DNA from: Thalia democratica
Lineage: Eukaryota
Assembly (NCBI GenBank): GCA_965202585.1
Contig: OZ241827.1
Span: 48,298,001 to 48,362,000 of the forward strand
Reading direction: 5' to 3'
Length of the DNA stretch: 64,000 nucleotides
A program made the translations under genes and the position numbers. Positions 41,159-52,019 of this stretch are shown in pieces (the first letter of the stretch is position 1; each line of letters starts with the position of its first letter). The notes beneath the pieces were generated by a model. That model ran no database searches and had not been told where the DNA came from. It saw only the letters and a program-made list of their open reading frames with translations.

Positions 41159-42376
41159 TTATTTATAGTAGAAAAACTTCGGCACACCGCAAAATACAAT
41201 ACTGTTAATACGTTTTCTGTTTCCGCTAATATCTAGTAGTCTTGCAAAGCCTTTTCTTACATTTTTTCCAAATTTTGTGAAAAAATTTGTAGCTGTTGTT
41301 TTACTTTTCACCTTCACACTTTTTATACCGCAGGGCGAGACACGGTTAAATTTTTGAAAAGATTTCGATTTACCAGCAACAATATTTGCTGCTAAATTCT
41401 CATATTGAATCTTCATGAGCTGATCTGGGTCATCAGAACTAATTGAAGACTGTTTTTGAATCATAACTTTACCTGCTATATTCTCATAATTAGTCTTTAT
41501 TACTATACTTGGATCATCATAACTAATCAAAGAGTCTTGTTCAATTAGACATTTTGCTTCCAAATCATCACATTTAGAGTTCATTATTTGATTTGGATCA
41601 TCATAACTAATCAAAGAGTCTTGTTCGATCAAACTTTTTGCTTCCAAATCATCACATTTAGACTTTATCAATTGATTTGGCTCATCATAACCAATCAAAG
41701 AGTCTTCTTCAATTAGACTTTTTGCTTCCAAATTATCACATTTAGACTTTATCAATTGATTTGGCTCATCATAACTAATCAAAGAGTCTTGTTCGATCAA
41801 ACTTTTTGCTTCCAAATTATCACATTTAAAGTTCATTAATTGATTTGGCTCATCATAACTAATCAAGGAGTCTTGTTCGTTCAAACTTTTTGCTTCCAAA
41901 TTATCACATTTAAAGTTCATTAATTGATTTGGCTCATCATAACTAATCAAAGAGTCTTGTTCGATCAAAATTTTTACTTCCAAATCATCACATTTAGACT
42001 TTATTAATTGATTTGGATCATCATAACTAATCAAAGAGTCTTCTTCAACTAGACTTTTCTTTGCCTCTTTAACAGAAATGTCATTTTCATCATCCTCAAT
42101 GCAATTTTCTACACCATCAATCTCCAACACCTTTTCGGTTTTCCATCCATCTCCGAGCTCATTCATTTCATTATTAGAAATTTTTGCATTACAAAACTTC
42201 GATTCTTTCTCGAAATCGCCTTTTTCAAAATTGCCTTCTTCAAAACTCGGCATTTCGTTCACTGGGTTGCTCACTTCGGTTTTGTCATTTTAGCTGAATA
42301 GACTTTTCTTAAGGTGCTCCGAAATCACCTCCTCAATAATCATGTCAACGATTGCTTTTGAAAAATTGCAACTCAT
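41159..42376 (-). CDS. Unidentified intronless tandem-repeat protein (405 codons, one in-frame TAA at codon 29)
   Basis: ATG at 42376, 28 open codons, TAA at 42292-42290, then an open frame to TAA at 41159. AATAAA lies 8 nt after the stop (41151-41146). There are eight 28-aa repeats with no frameshift. No recognised domain. Confidence 0.6.
41375..42046 (-). repeat. Coding minisatellite, 84-bp unit x8
   Basis: Unit consensus EQDSLISYDEPNQLIKSKCDNLEAKSLI. Six units are well conserved; the last two are diverged. Confidence 0.95.
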
Positions 42377-42881
42377 TTTGTATATCTTTATAAGATGTAC
42401 TTGTATGAAAGTGTATAAAAAATAACTTGTGTAAAATCGAACGAAAATATTGAGATGGTGTAATAATGTTTGTGGTATTTTTTTTTAAATGAATTTTCTA
42501 AATTAAGTTTTTTATATAAAAAATGTAAATTTTTATATCGTTTTTAATTTGAAAACTTAACAAATGAGCAATTATATTTATTTATTAACTCAGAAGAACT
42601 TTTTACTAAACTTAGTTTTTTTTTTGCATATTTTCTTTACATATTTAGATTTTCTGAGCTTTATATGTTTCTGCTTGCTATGAAATTGCTACATAGCACT
42701 TTAGTTAGATTTCAAGCAATTTAATTGTAGTCTTAGAGTTTTAAATTTTACTTTCTTTGTAACATGTTATTAATGGTTTTTGTTTAACTTTTAAACTTTT
42801 TATTATACAAAGTTATAAATTCTATCTGTTTTTAAGCATATCGTATTGGTTTTCCAACATATTTTAGAACTTAATAGAAAA

Positions 42882-43231
42882 CAGGGGTCGTCAAACTGCA
42901 GCCTGCGGGCCAAATGCGGCCCTCAAAGCCAAAATCTGCGGTATGCGAAGTACTTTTTAGCCCAAAGTATACCTTTGAAAAGCAGTAGTAAGATAGGTTT
43001 TTGTGGTAAAAGCGTACAATAAGGCTCACAACTTTTTTTTCTATCCCTTACTAGTGCGCTACTATTGCTTATTTAATCACATTTTTGTTTTAAGATAGTA
43101 TCTTTATGTTGATTACTACAAACACTTTGAAATAACTGCGGCCCGAGGAAGATTTTTTTAAACAGTGCGGCCCGCGAGCAAGTCTTTCTAGGAGAAATAG
43201 CCTGCGACTTATAAAAGTCTGCCGACCCTTG
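42882..43231 (+). mobile_element. hAT (Charlie/Buster-like) MITE
   Basis: CAGGGGTCGTCAAAC...GTCTGCCGACCCTTG TIRs with GCGGCCCG subterminal motifs. No convincing TSD. Confidence 0.7.
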
Positions 43232-43879
43232 GTCTATACATGAGTTATTAAAAATTGTTTATTGTACACAACAAAATTACATCTGTAAATATTCATAGGC
43301 CATTATTGTTTTTATAGACTTAAAAATATCAAGTGTAAATTCAAAATATTCCGTTAACTGTACCTAAGACCTTTTTTATGCTCTTCTTTTCAAACCCTTA
43401 AATATCTAGTTTAAGTTGCACTTTCTATTTTTTACTGACGAATTTACATTCTTACGGACTGCAGTTTACCTTTCGCCGACCGTAGTTTTACGTTTCACGG
43501 GCCGCATTCCTTTCATAGTAAAAGCATGTCAGCGGGCCTCAATTTGTTCTTGATCTAGTAAAACAAAACGTTTTATACATAAAGACTTTAAGATCATGTA
43601 TGAATTCTTTAACATTATAATTGAATTGGTCAATCATTAAAAAATATGTAAAAGACCTAAACTATTTTTTGCAAAATTTAAAACTTCTTATAATTTTTTA
43701 AATAACAACATTGCATTTGTTTTAGGATCATTATTTCAAAATGTTTACTTTTGCTATTTCAAAGTACTCAAAAAGGTGTCCAACAGTTTTGACTTGAAAA
43801 TAACAAAAGAGTCCAACCTTGAAAGAACTGATTTTTTATATATAGTTAGAATTTTACAACAACTCTTATACACTATACA

Positions 43880-44100
43880 GAAAACAAAATTTTTAGCCTG
43901 CATATGTCAATGTAAAGTTATAGAGACAATGATCGGTAGACGTTTCTGGAAATGGTTAACCGAAACTATGGCCCAACGCTTCCCTACCACAAAATTTTCA
44001 ATAGAAAAACAGTCGAAAATTTTGTACTCGTGCATGTCAAATATCAACAGACAGATAATCTCTAGGAAACCTCTACCGATTATAGTAATTTTAGATTTCT
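43880..44100 (+). mobile_element. Decayed PLE linker region (Neptune-like type)
   Basis: Across two frameshifts: ETMIGRRF / LEMVNRNYGPTLPYHKIFNRKTV / KILYSCMSNINRQII, matching the recalled PLE linker TNIGRKFL...HKIFNRNTVKISYSCMxNI. Confidence 0.65.
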
Positions 44101-45074
44101 AGGAAACAACTACTTAGCGTATAGGCCAACTACTAGCGACTAAATCATAACGTCACTAATACAAATCACCAAACAGTAGCAAACAAAGTATAAACACAGA
44201 GAATATTTAGCTTAACAAACACTCTTTAAGAAAAAAAGGAAGTATCAACCACAAAGAAGAAACTCCTTTATTAACATTTCATCGCTATTCATTAAGTTTT
44301 GTAAATACATAGAATTGTAGGCATGGGTATAGATTACTTTAAACCTACACTATGACCCATTATAAAAAGATAATAACATTAACCTAACTAACAATGATAC
44401 TGATATTAGATAATGCTTAGCGCACCTCTATATAAAACTAGGCATGACATTCAATATATAAATTGTATAAAAGAACAGTTGCTAAAACGAACAAAAATAC
44501 AAAGAACATAAACTTTAGAAATTACTTTAAATGTCCTCAAAACTTTTACACTTTAAATTCTCAGAAAACATACTAAAGAACGTATAGCATAATAATACAT
44601 TTAACTACTTAGAATTTAAATCAAAAGACTGCTTATAATAAATAACATGTTTACAATTACATGTTTGTATTTTTACATAATACAAACATTTACATACATA
44701 TAACATGTTTACATGTGATACAATAACATGTATTCTCGAACATATAACAACTGTATATATAGTTAGAACAAAAACTTTTAAAAAATTGCAAATTATGCAA
44801 AGGTTACTAATTTAAAATTTTATTATTTTAAGAAACACAGTTACACTGTTTCACCGCAAAGCGGATTTTCAAGCTATAAATCTGTAATAAAATGATAATG
44901 TTACAAATGATAAAAAATATAAAATTTATGTGAGTTAAGTTATATGTTGAGAACATTAAAATTAAAAAAAAATATGTATACATATATAAAAGATTTTATG
45001 AAATGGTCTGGTTTATAGTGCTCGACAAATTGAATTGGAGCTAAATATTTATTTGATTATATAAAAAACCATAG

Positions 45075-45139
45075 TTTAGATTTAGACGACCGTTTCGTAT
45101 ATGAGATATAAAATTCCATATACTCCTCAATAAGCTAAA
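45075..45139 (-). ncRNA. Type I hammerhead ribozyme copy with C3U core substitution
   Basis: Minus strand reads UUUAGCUUA UUGAGGA GUAUAUG GAAUUUUAUAUCU CAUAUAC GAAA CGGUC GUC UAAAUCUAAA. Confidence 0.75.
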
Positions 45140-45425
45140 GTTTATTACAGTGTTAAACATAAATTTAAAATTTAAAAATTTTTATAGTAAAGTTTGGAAA
45201 AGGTAATATTAGAAGTTTTTTTTAAACAACTAGAAAAATCTTTAAACATTTAAAACATTTTTATAATATAACCTTTTCAAATCTTTCCAAAATGCATAAA
45301 TTAACAAGTTCAGCGTATTTTTTCAAACTCAGCTTACTGTACAATAAACTCTATCTATTCTTACTACGTCATAATTACTATAAAATTTTTCAAAAGCTTA
45401 ATTTCTGTTTAACATTGTTATAAAC

Positions 45426-45490
45426 TTTAGCTTACTGAGGAGTATATGGGGTTTTATATCTCATATACGAAACGGTCGTCTAAATCTAAA
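45426..45490 (+). ncRNA. Type I hammerhead ribozyme with intact core
   Basis: UUUAGCUUA CUGAGGA(45435-41) GUAUAUG-GGGU UUUAU AUCU-CAUAUAC GAAA(45469-72) C GGUC GUC(45478-80) UAAAUCUAAA. All core residues are present; helix II is 7 WC bp plus 4 further pairs, helix III is 2 bp, and helix I is 3+5 bp. Confidence 0.85.
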
Positions 45491-45774
45491 CTATTGTTTT
45501 TTATATAATCAAATAACTATGTATACATATATATATCAAGAAAATATTAATGCTATAAAACTTTTAATAAATATCTTATTAGATAGACACTCCGTCAATT
45601 TTAATTTAAACCCATTAGTTAAAAGTATATTAGTTAACCAACTACTTGGCCTAATAATTTTCCAACTCCATATTAATGGTAGTTTTGGTTTTTCAACGTC
45701 AAAACCTTATTTTTATTCACTCTTCATCATCAACTTCAGAATATCTAGAGTAAGTTTTAATTTATGAATTCATG

Positions 45775-45860
45775 GCCCCCTGTGGGTCCTTTACTGCTCA
45801 TAGCCCCTTAATTTCTGTAATGGCTCCCAAGGGGACCACTTAGCCCAGTTATGAACCCCT
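45775..45860. mobile_element. hAT-like MITE end fragment
   Basis: Ends CAGTTATGAACCCCTG (CAGGGGTTC-type TIR) after GC-rich GGCCCC subrepeats. Confidence 0.4.
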
Positions 45861-46081
45861 GGTATAGTTTATACAGATTTATTTCTAACGTACTTTATGT
45901 AGTTATAAATATCCTTTATCAAACGTAGCTTTATAATGACGCATGGCTATGTATAAATAAACTAGTCTACTCTCACTAAATATCATTTTAAGTTAGCCTG
46001 CTATATAAGTACTATAAATTTGTTCTGTTACGTTTTTAACTAAAGAATTTTAACATAAGTCACTTATTTTCAAATAAAAGT

Positions 46082-46118
46082 TTATTAATTAATTTCGTTT
46101 AGCGCATCCTCAGAATAA
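46082..46118 (-). ncRNA. Minimal type I hammerhead ribozyme motif downstream of a PLE
   Basis: Minus strand reads UUAUU CUGAGGA UGCGCUAAAC GAA AUUAAU U AAUAA: 5-bp helix I, intact core, palindromic helix III, about 280 nt after the PLE stop at 46395 on the same strand. Confidence 0.55.
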
Positions 46119-46394
46119 TATTGCTAAAAACTATTGATATTATAGTGTAATTTTAGTTATATACAATGAATTTGAAAAGTCTAGCTAAAAATAGTTACGT
46201 CATAAAGTATAAAAGTCTGTTTAAAAAAGTTTAAATTAGAATTGAGTTGTACTAAGCTAATTTGAAGTAATTTATAAGACAAAATTGCTAAAACAATAAC
46301 ATTTAAAGTAGTATTTTTTTTTACCTGAAACTAAACAAAAAGCACATTACAAAATACGACAAAAACGACAACAATAATACTACTAAAAAACACG

Positions 46395-46985
46395 CTATTT
46401 ATAAAGTTTTAAATTGTAAAAATCTCTTTGTTTGCAAATTTTTGACTCGCGAGTTCTAATAAACAAAGATTCTAGAACTGAGAGATGGTAGGTGTTTCGA
46501 GCTCGGGATAGAATTTCGAACCTACTATCCAGGTAGTTCTCGGCACAAACAGGGTTGTTGAGGAGGTGCTGATAAATAGCTGACTCTTCACCTTTAGGCT
46601 TCACGTCGTCATTAAAATTAAACCTTTTTAGCTTTTCGTGACATGCTGCTCTCGCCTGACGAGATGTTCGACCTACGTAGTCATTTCCGCAATGAAATTT
46701 TAATATGTATACTACATTACTCAAATCATGGGTAGGTGTGGCATCTATCACAATTCCGTTAAGCGGGCGGTTGGTTTTGTACACAACACGTAGCGAAACG
46801 CTATTAAAGGTGGATTTTATAGCTAATGAAGCTTGCTTAGCCAGTCTTATTGAGTGATCACCCATATAAGGAAGGCGGAGGTAGACTGGGCAAGGATGTG
46901 GGCCGAAAGGTAAGTGGTTCATTTTGGACTGAGTTTCCTTAATTGTCTTCTTGATGACTGTTTCGGGGTAACCTAATGAGAATAA
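46395..46985 (-). mobile_element. Penelope-like element, 5'-truncated (linker + GIY-YIG)
   Basis: LGYPETVIKKTI...YLRLPYMG...LRVVYKT...SNVVYILKFHCGNDYVGRTSR...SAIYQHLLNNPVCA...LSVLESLFIR...ICKQR. Confidence 0.9.
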
Positions 46986-49900
46986 ATTTTATATCAATAT
47001 AATACTTAAAAGTATTTATAGTCTTAAATTTACAGTGTTACGTTTTTAAAACTTAATATTAACTTGCTAAAACTATGCAAGCTTAAAACCTTGTTTATTG
47101 CTTATCATCTTTTGCTTAATAAAGCAATAACAGCTTTTTTTTCATACGTAGTTATTTATAATAATAGCTAATTAATAAAGTAAAAAAGTTTTTTACACTT
47201 TCAGCAGTCTTTAGAAAAAGGGAATTTCTAATACAGTTAATAAAAAATTAGATAGGTTGTATGTAAAAGCATCAAATTTTAAGTTATTCTAAAGTTCAAA
47301 TTAAATTACTGTAGTACTAATAATAATGTCATAAACATTAGTTATCAAACAACAGATAAACTTATTCTAGTTTGAACTACAGAGCAGTAAGTTACAAAAT
47401 ACGTTATTATAAATTAAAAAACTTCAAAAGCGTATTAGTTATTTTTGAATATTTTTGTACAAGTCCAAATGAATTTTAAATCAGTAATGTTTAAATTTAT
47501 AATCGCCAATTTATCTTATTATAATGTTTTAGAGAAGAAGCACACTTTCTAATACATTTATTTAATTTTTGAAAACTATCGATATGTAATTAATTATTTT
47601 AAACGAGGTCAAATCCGTTCAATATTGTTTAAAAAGTCAAGTTGCGAATTTCATAAATAACAGTTAAAGGTTTTTTGTTTCAACTTAGTTGAATTTATAC
47701 AGTATGTGTCTGACTTTTTGAAGTTTTTATACTTTGGTTCAGTTGCTATGAAGTATTAGAGAAATTTAATAAATAGTTATTCAAAACATAATTAAAAAAA
47801 GAAAAGTATTTTTTTTTGTTTATATAAGAATTTTTAGCGTTCTATCTACAAATTATTTAAAGCACTTTATTTAAAAGCTAAATGCTGTTTTTTCGTTTTT
47901 AATTATGTTAGCAGATACAGCCAGTTTAAATTATTTTATAATAATAGTAATCTAATACTTAAAAGTATTTATAGTGTTAACATTTTATTTCAATAACTAT
48001 ATTTTAATACTGATAATACTTGTTTATTATTATAAATTTATATATTTCTTTAATGATTTTTAGTACGTTCACAATACAAAAATATTTTTAAAACATATTT
48101 ATATTTAGGATCTAATGGACATTGATCCAATTTAGGACCCGGATTCTGGAATCTGGATCCTTAATTCGGTAGATCACTAATAACAAAACAAAATTTAAAA
48201 CAATACTTTACCTTTTATCTTTTTTAAGTAAAAAAAACTAATTTTTCAATATAAAAACGTGATGTATATTAATGTTTAGAAAGCTAGTTTTTTAGTTTTT
48301 TACACAAACAATATTTCTATCGAATTTGAAAAATAATTGATACAATCTAAAGCCAAAGATTTAAAACATAAATTAAAATTTCAAAAAAAATATATAGTAT
48401 CATTTCTAATTAATCCTTAATTCCAGTTAAGCTAAATGGGTAAATAGTTAAATGATGTAAGAAATAAATGCATTAAAACCGCTAGACTTACAGTAGCTTA
48501 AATCATGGCAACAATAATTAAGAATGTAAAATGATAAAGTTTGTACAAAAGTCATAAAAGTAAATTTAAGTTTTAGTTTTTATGACAGTTTCAAAATGTG
48601 CAATAGTTGCTGTTAAAGATATTGCTAAGAGTATTAAATTTTGACTAGAGACAAAAAGATATACAAGTGGTCTAGATTGATAAGTTTCTTAATTTATTTT
48701 AGTTATTTACAACCTAAAATTTAACTAGACTATTCACAAACTGCATTTTAAAGTAAGGAATGTTTTTCTACCATTAAAAAATAAAAATGTATAATTTTGA
48801 GAATATTAATGCATTTAAATAGTTATAATAATTTATATATATTCAATTGGAAACCAGAGACGGGCAAACTAGGCCATTGAATGGTAAAAGTGTTGCCTGT
48901 AAGCATATTTATTTTAAATGGGATTACTATCTACAGCTCACAGGCATGCAAATTTAGCACACAAAAAGGTTTAAAGTGAAAAGCAAAAACAATTTTTTAA
49001 GCAAAATTTACAAAAAGTTCAAAATTTACACTAGATATTCTAGAAGAGTAAAAAACTGAGTTACAATTGCTGCCTAAAAGTGTTTTTATTTCAAAATATG
49101 GCCTGTAAATACCAAATGCCTGTCAACCCATTTTCAGATCTTTTGAAATTGAGTTAAAATAATTTTGGAATTTTATTTAGTAATTATATTATTTTATTCT
49201 CAGCTAAGAAGCTTTTTATTACTTAATTACTGCAATTGATTAAGTTTGGATATGTACTTTTGAAGAAAAAATAACTTAATAATTTTAAGGGCATAGGGGC
49301 AGAAGAAGGTTATTTTTTTTTTTAAGGTAGAAAAACATCAGAAAACCCACTCTCCCCTCTGCAACAATAAACATTTTCTGAAGGTCAAGCAAGTGAGTTT
49401 GAGCTCATCAGGTGTTATTCCACCAGCCCTATCTTTAAATTTATCTAGAAAAAATTTGCCTTTTAATTTAAAGATAAAACTAAATCTATCTACTTACAAA
49501 AGTCCAAAAGCTCAAATCCCCAAGCAAGTGCTGCCGAAGTTCTGAACTAAACAACTATAACAACAATCCAGTTATGATATCACTGCCACCAAAGTGATTT
49601 CACAATTAGTTGTTAAAAATTTAAGTAGCTTATACCATTAAGCACCATAAATTTAAAACAAACAAGTACAAAACAGCAAACTTCTATAACAAAAAAGTTA
49701 AAACTAATGTAATATATTGCTAACAATAAATTAACACCAATCTTGATCAATATTTAAAACCTTGACAAATTATTTCTCTCATAACAAAGTTTTATTAACA
49801 AAAGTACAACATCTCAACAGAAATGTTCCTTTATACAATAAAAATAAGATTAATAACATTTATTCAAACTTAAATTTATACAAAAATCAAAAGAGAAAAC

Positions 49901-50668
49901 AAAATATACAATAAATCTAGTTTATACACAAAAGTATAAGACAATAAAACAATATACTCTGACATATGATTAAAAGCACTCCAGCATTACTTTTTGTAGC
50001 AAGTTAATAGAAAATTTTTATACTGCATTTAAACTCATCTTTCCTTAATTTTTTTAAATTTTCTGCGCCACTAGACCAAAACCTTGGACCCAAATGCCTA
50101 AAGGAGTTTAGGCCAAATCTTGTTCTAGGTCTTTCAGTTATGAAACTTAATTTTTTAGAAAACCTTGTGTTGTGTGAGTGGAGAGAATTAGCAAGGATAA
50201 AACTTATATGCTCAAAATCGAATCCAATCATACTATTCTACAACAATTTACAAACTTGCAATATAATCACATCATTTAATTTCAGCAGACCAGCTTTCAC
50301 AAACAGTGGGTTTGTTGGGGTCAAAGCAGGCACACTGCAAACATAGCTCACTATTCTTTTTTGCATACTAACGATTTTTTTCAAACAACATTCAGCAGCA
50401 CCAGCCCAAGCAGATTTACATTGCGTACATTTAACATTTACATTGCGTACAGATTACATTGAATGTGCAGATAAAACAAACTACAATACACCGTTTTAAT
50501 TGAACTCATATCCAAATAGTACCTTAATTTTGACAACACGAAACAACTTCAAGACAGCCTTGATTTAAGAGATCTTAAGTGAGCCATCCAATTCAGTTTT
50601 CCATACAAAACCACACCTAAATATTTTATATTTTCAATCTGTTTGATATTAAATCCAATAATATTTAA

Positions 50669-51309
50669 GGGCATAGGGGGGGGGGTAAACACCCTTTTTT
50701 GGTTTTTGATCTTATTTTATATAGTTTTTACTAAGCTACAATATGCTTTTTACAGATTTTAAAAATTCAAAATAATTTTTGAGATAAAGGCGGTCAAAGT
50801 CGGAGGCAACAATAGGATCCTTATGGGAGGCGCAAACTAAAACGGCAAAAATAGACTATTTCACTAAAAATCTATCTTCTCCTACGTTTTTTGAGATAAC
50901 TATCTCAAACTTTCAGGAAATGTTCCTTGCAATATTTGAAAAATTCTGTCAGAACTGTTTTTTTGTTTATTTTTTTTATAATTTTTTTGTTTTTAAATTT
51001 TTTCAAAATTCCTTCCGACAGAATTTTCTAAATATATCAAGGAACATTTCCTGAAAATTTGAGGTAGTTATCTCAAAAAACGTAGGAGAAGATAGATTTT
51101 TAGTGAAATAGTCTATTTTTGCCGTTTTAGTTTGCGCCTCCCATAAGGAACCTATTGTTGCCTCAGACTTTGACCGCCTTTATCTCATAAAATACTTTTA
51201 ATTTTTTAAATCTGTAAAAAGCATTTTGTAGCTTAGTAAAAACTATATAAAATAAGATCAAAAACCAAAAAAGGGTGTTTACCCCCCCCCCCCCCCCCCC
51301 CCTATGCCC
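50669..51309. mobile_element. Foldback Kolobok-like MITE (near-perfect palindrome)
   Basis: TTAA|GGGCATAG...CTATGCCC|TTAA. Arms of about 280-290 bp are reverse complements around a short AT spacer. Confidence 0.9.
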
Positions 51310-51439
51310 TTAAACACCAATTCAGTAAGAAACACATTCTAAGTTTAAAAATTATTGCATGACAACGTTTTGACTTTCCATTAGTCATTATCAACAAAAT
51401 ACTGTGCAAAAATAACTAAAAATTAGTGATAAACAACTA

Positions 51440-51727
51440 AGTATTCAAAAATAAATTTTGCATTCAATCTTTTTAAAATTTAATAAAACACTCTAAGTAA
51501 AAATTTGAAGAAGATTGCATATAAAATGAAGGAGGAGATATATTTTTATTTAAATGGTCTTTTTTTGTTTGCACCTTCCATTAGGAACCTATTGAGGTCA
51601 CTTTGATTGCTCATGTCTCAAAAACTAATTTAAATTTTTTCAAGCGGTTAAAAATGTCTGATAGCTCAGATAAAACTATATAAAATAAGATCAACTTGTA
51701 AAATTCAAGGTGGACCCCCCTATGCCC
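51440..51727 (+). mobile_element. Partial Kolobok-like MITE (right end)
   Basis: Matches 60715-60998 and ends GGACCCCCCTATGCCC|TAAA. Confidence 0.7.
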
Positions 51728-52019
51728 TAAATAACACTGTTCACACAAGCAGGATCACTATGTTTGTAGCTTAAGCAGGCATCATCAGCAAACAATCTCA
51801 TATTAATTTCAGTAGAAGAAAAAATATCATTTTTATACACAAGAAACAACAGAGGACCCAAACAACCTTTCCGTATTCCAACATTCACAATTTCATGCTC
51901 AAACACAACATTATTGATTACAGTTGATTGGCTTCTATTATTTAAATAGCTTTGCAGTAATTTTAACATAGGTCCTCTAGTTTTATAACCTTTTAATTTT
52001 GAGAAGATTATTTCTTGAT

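Larger units (their letters stand above)
45049..45516. repeat. Inverted repeat (~140-bp arms 45049-45190 and 45375-45516, 184-bp spacer), each arm carrying a hammerhead
   Basis: The left arm TTATTTGATTATATAAAAAACCATAGTTTAGATTTAGACGACCGTTTCGTATATGAG... is the reverse complement of the right arm, nearly identical over the outer ~100 bp. Confidence 0.92.

Noticed and set aside
41375-42046. CRISPR-like array
   Set aside because: Units are contiguous 84-bp coding repeats with no unique spacers, in a eukaryotic context.
49395-49415. CTGATGAGCTC on the minus strand
   Set aside because: Not followed by a complementary helix II strand and GAAA; it lies in a MITE-like interior.
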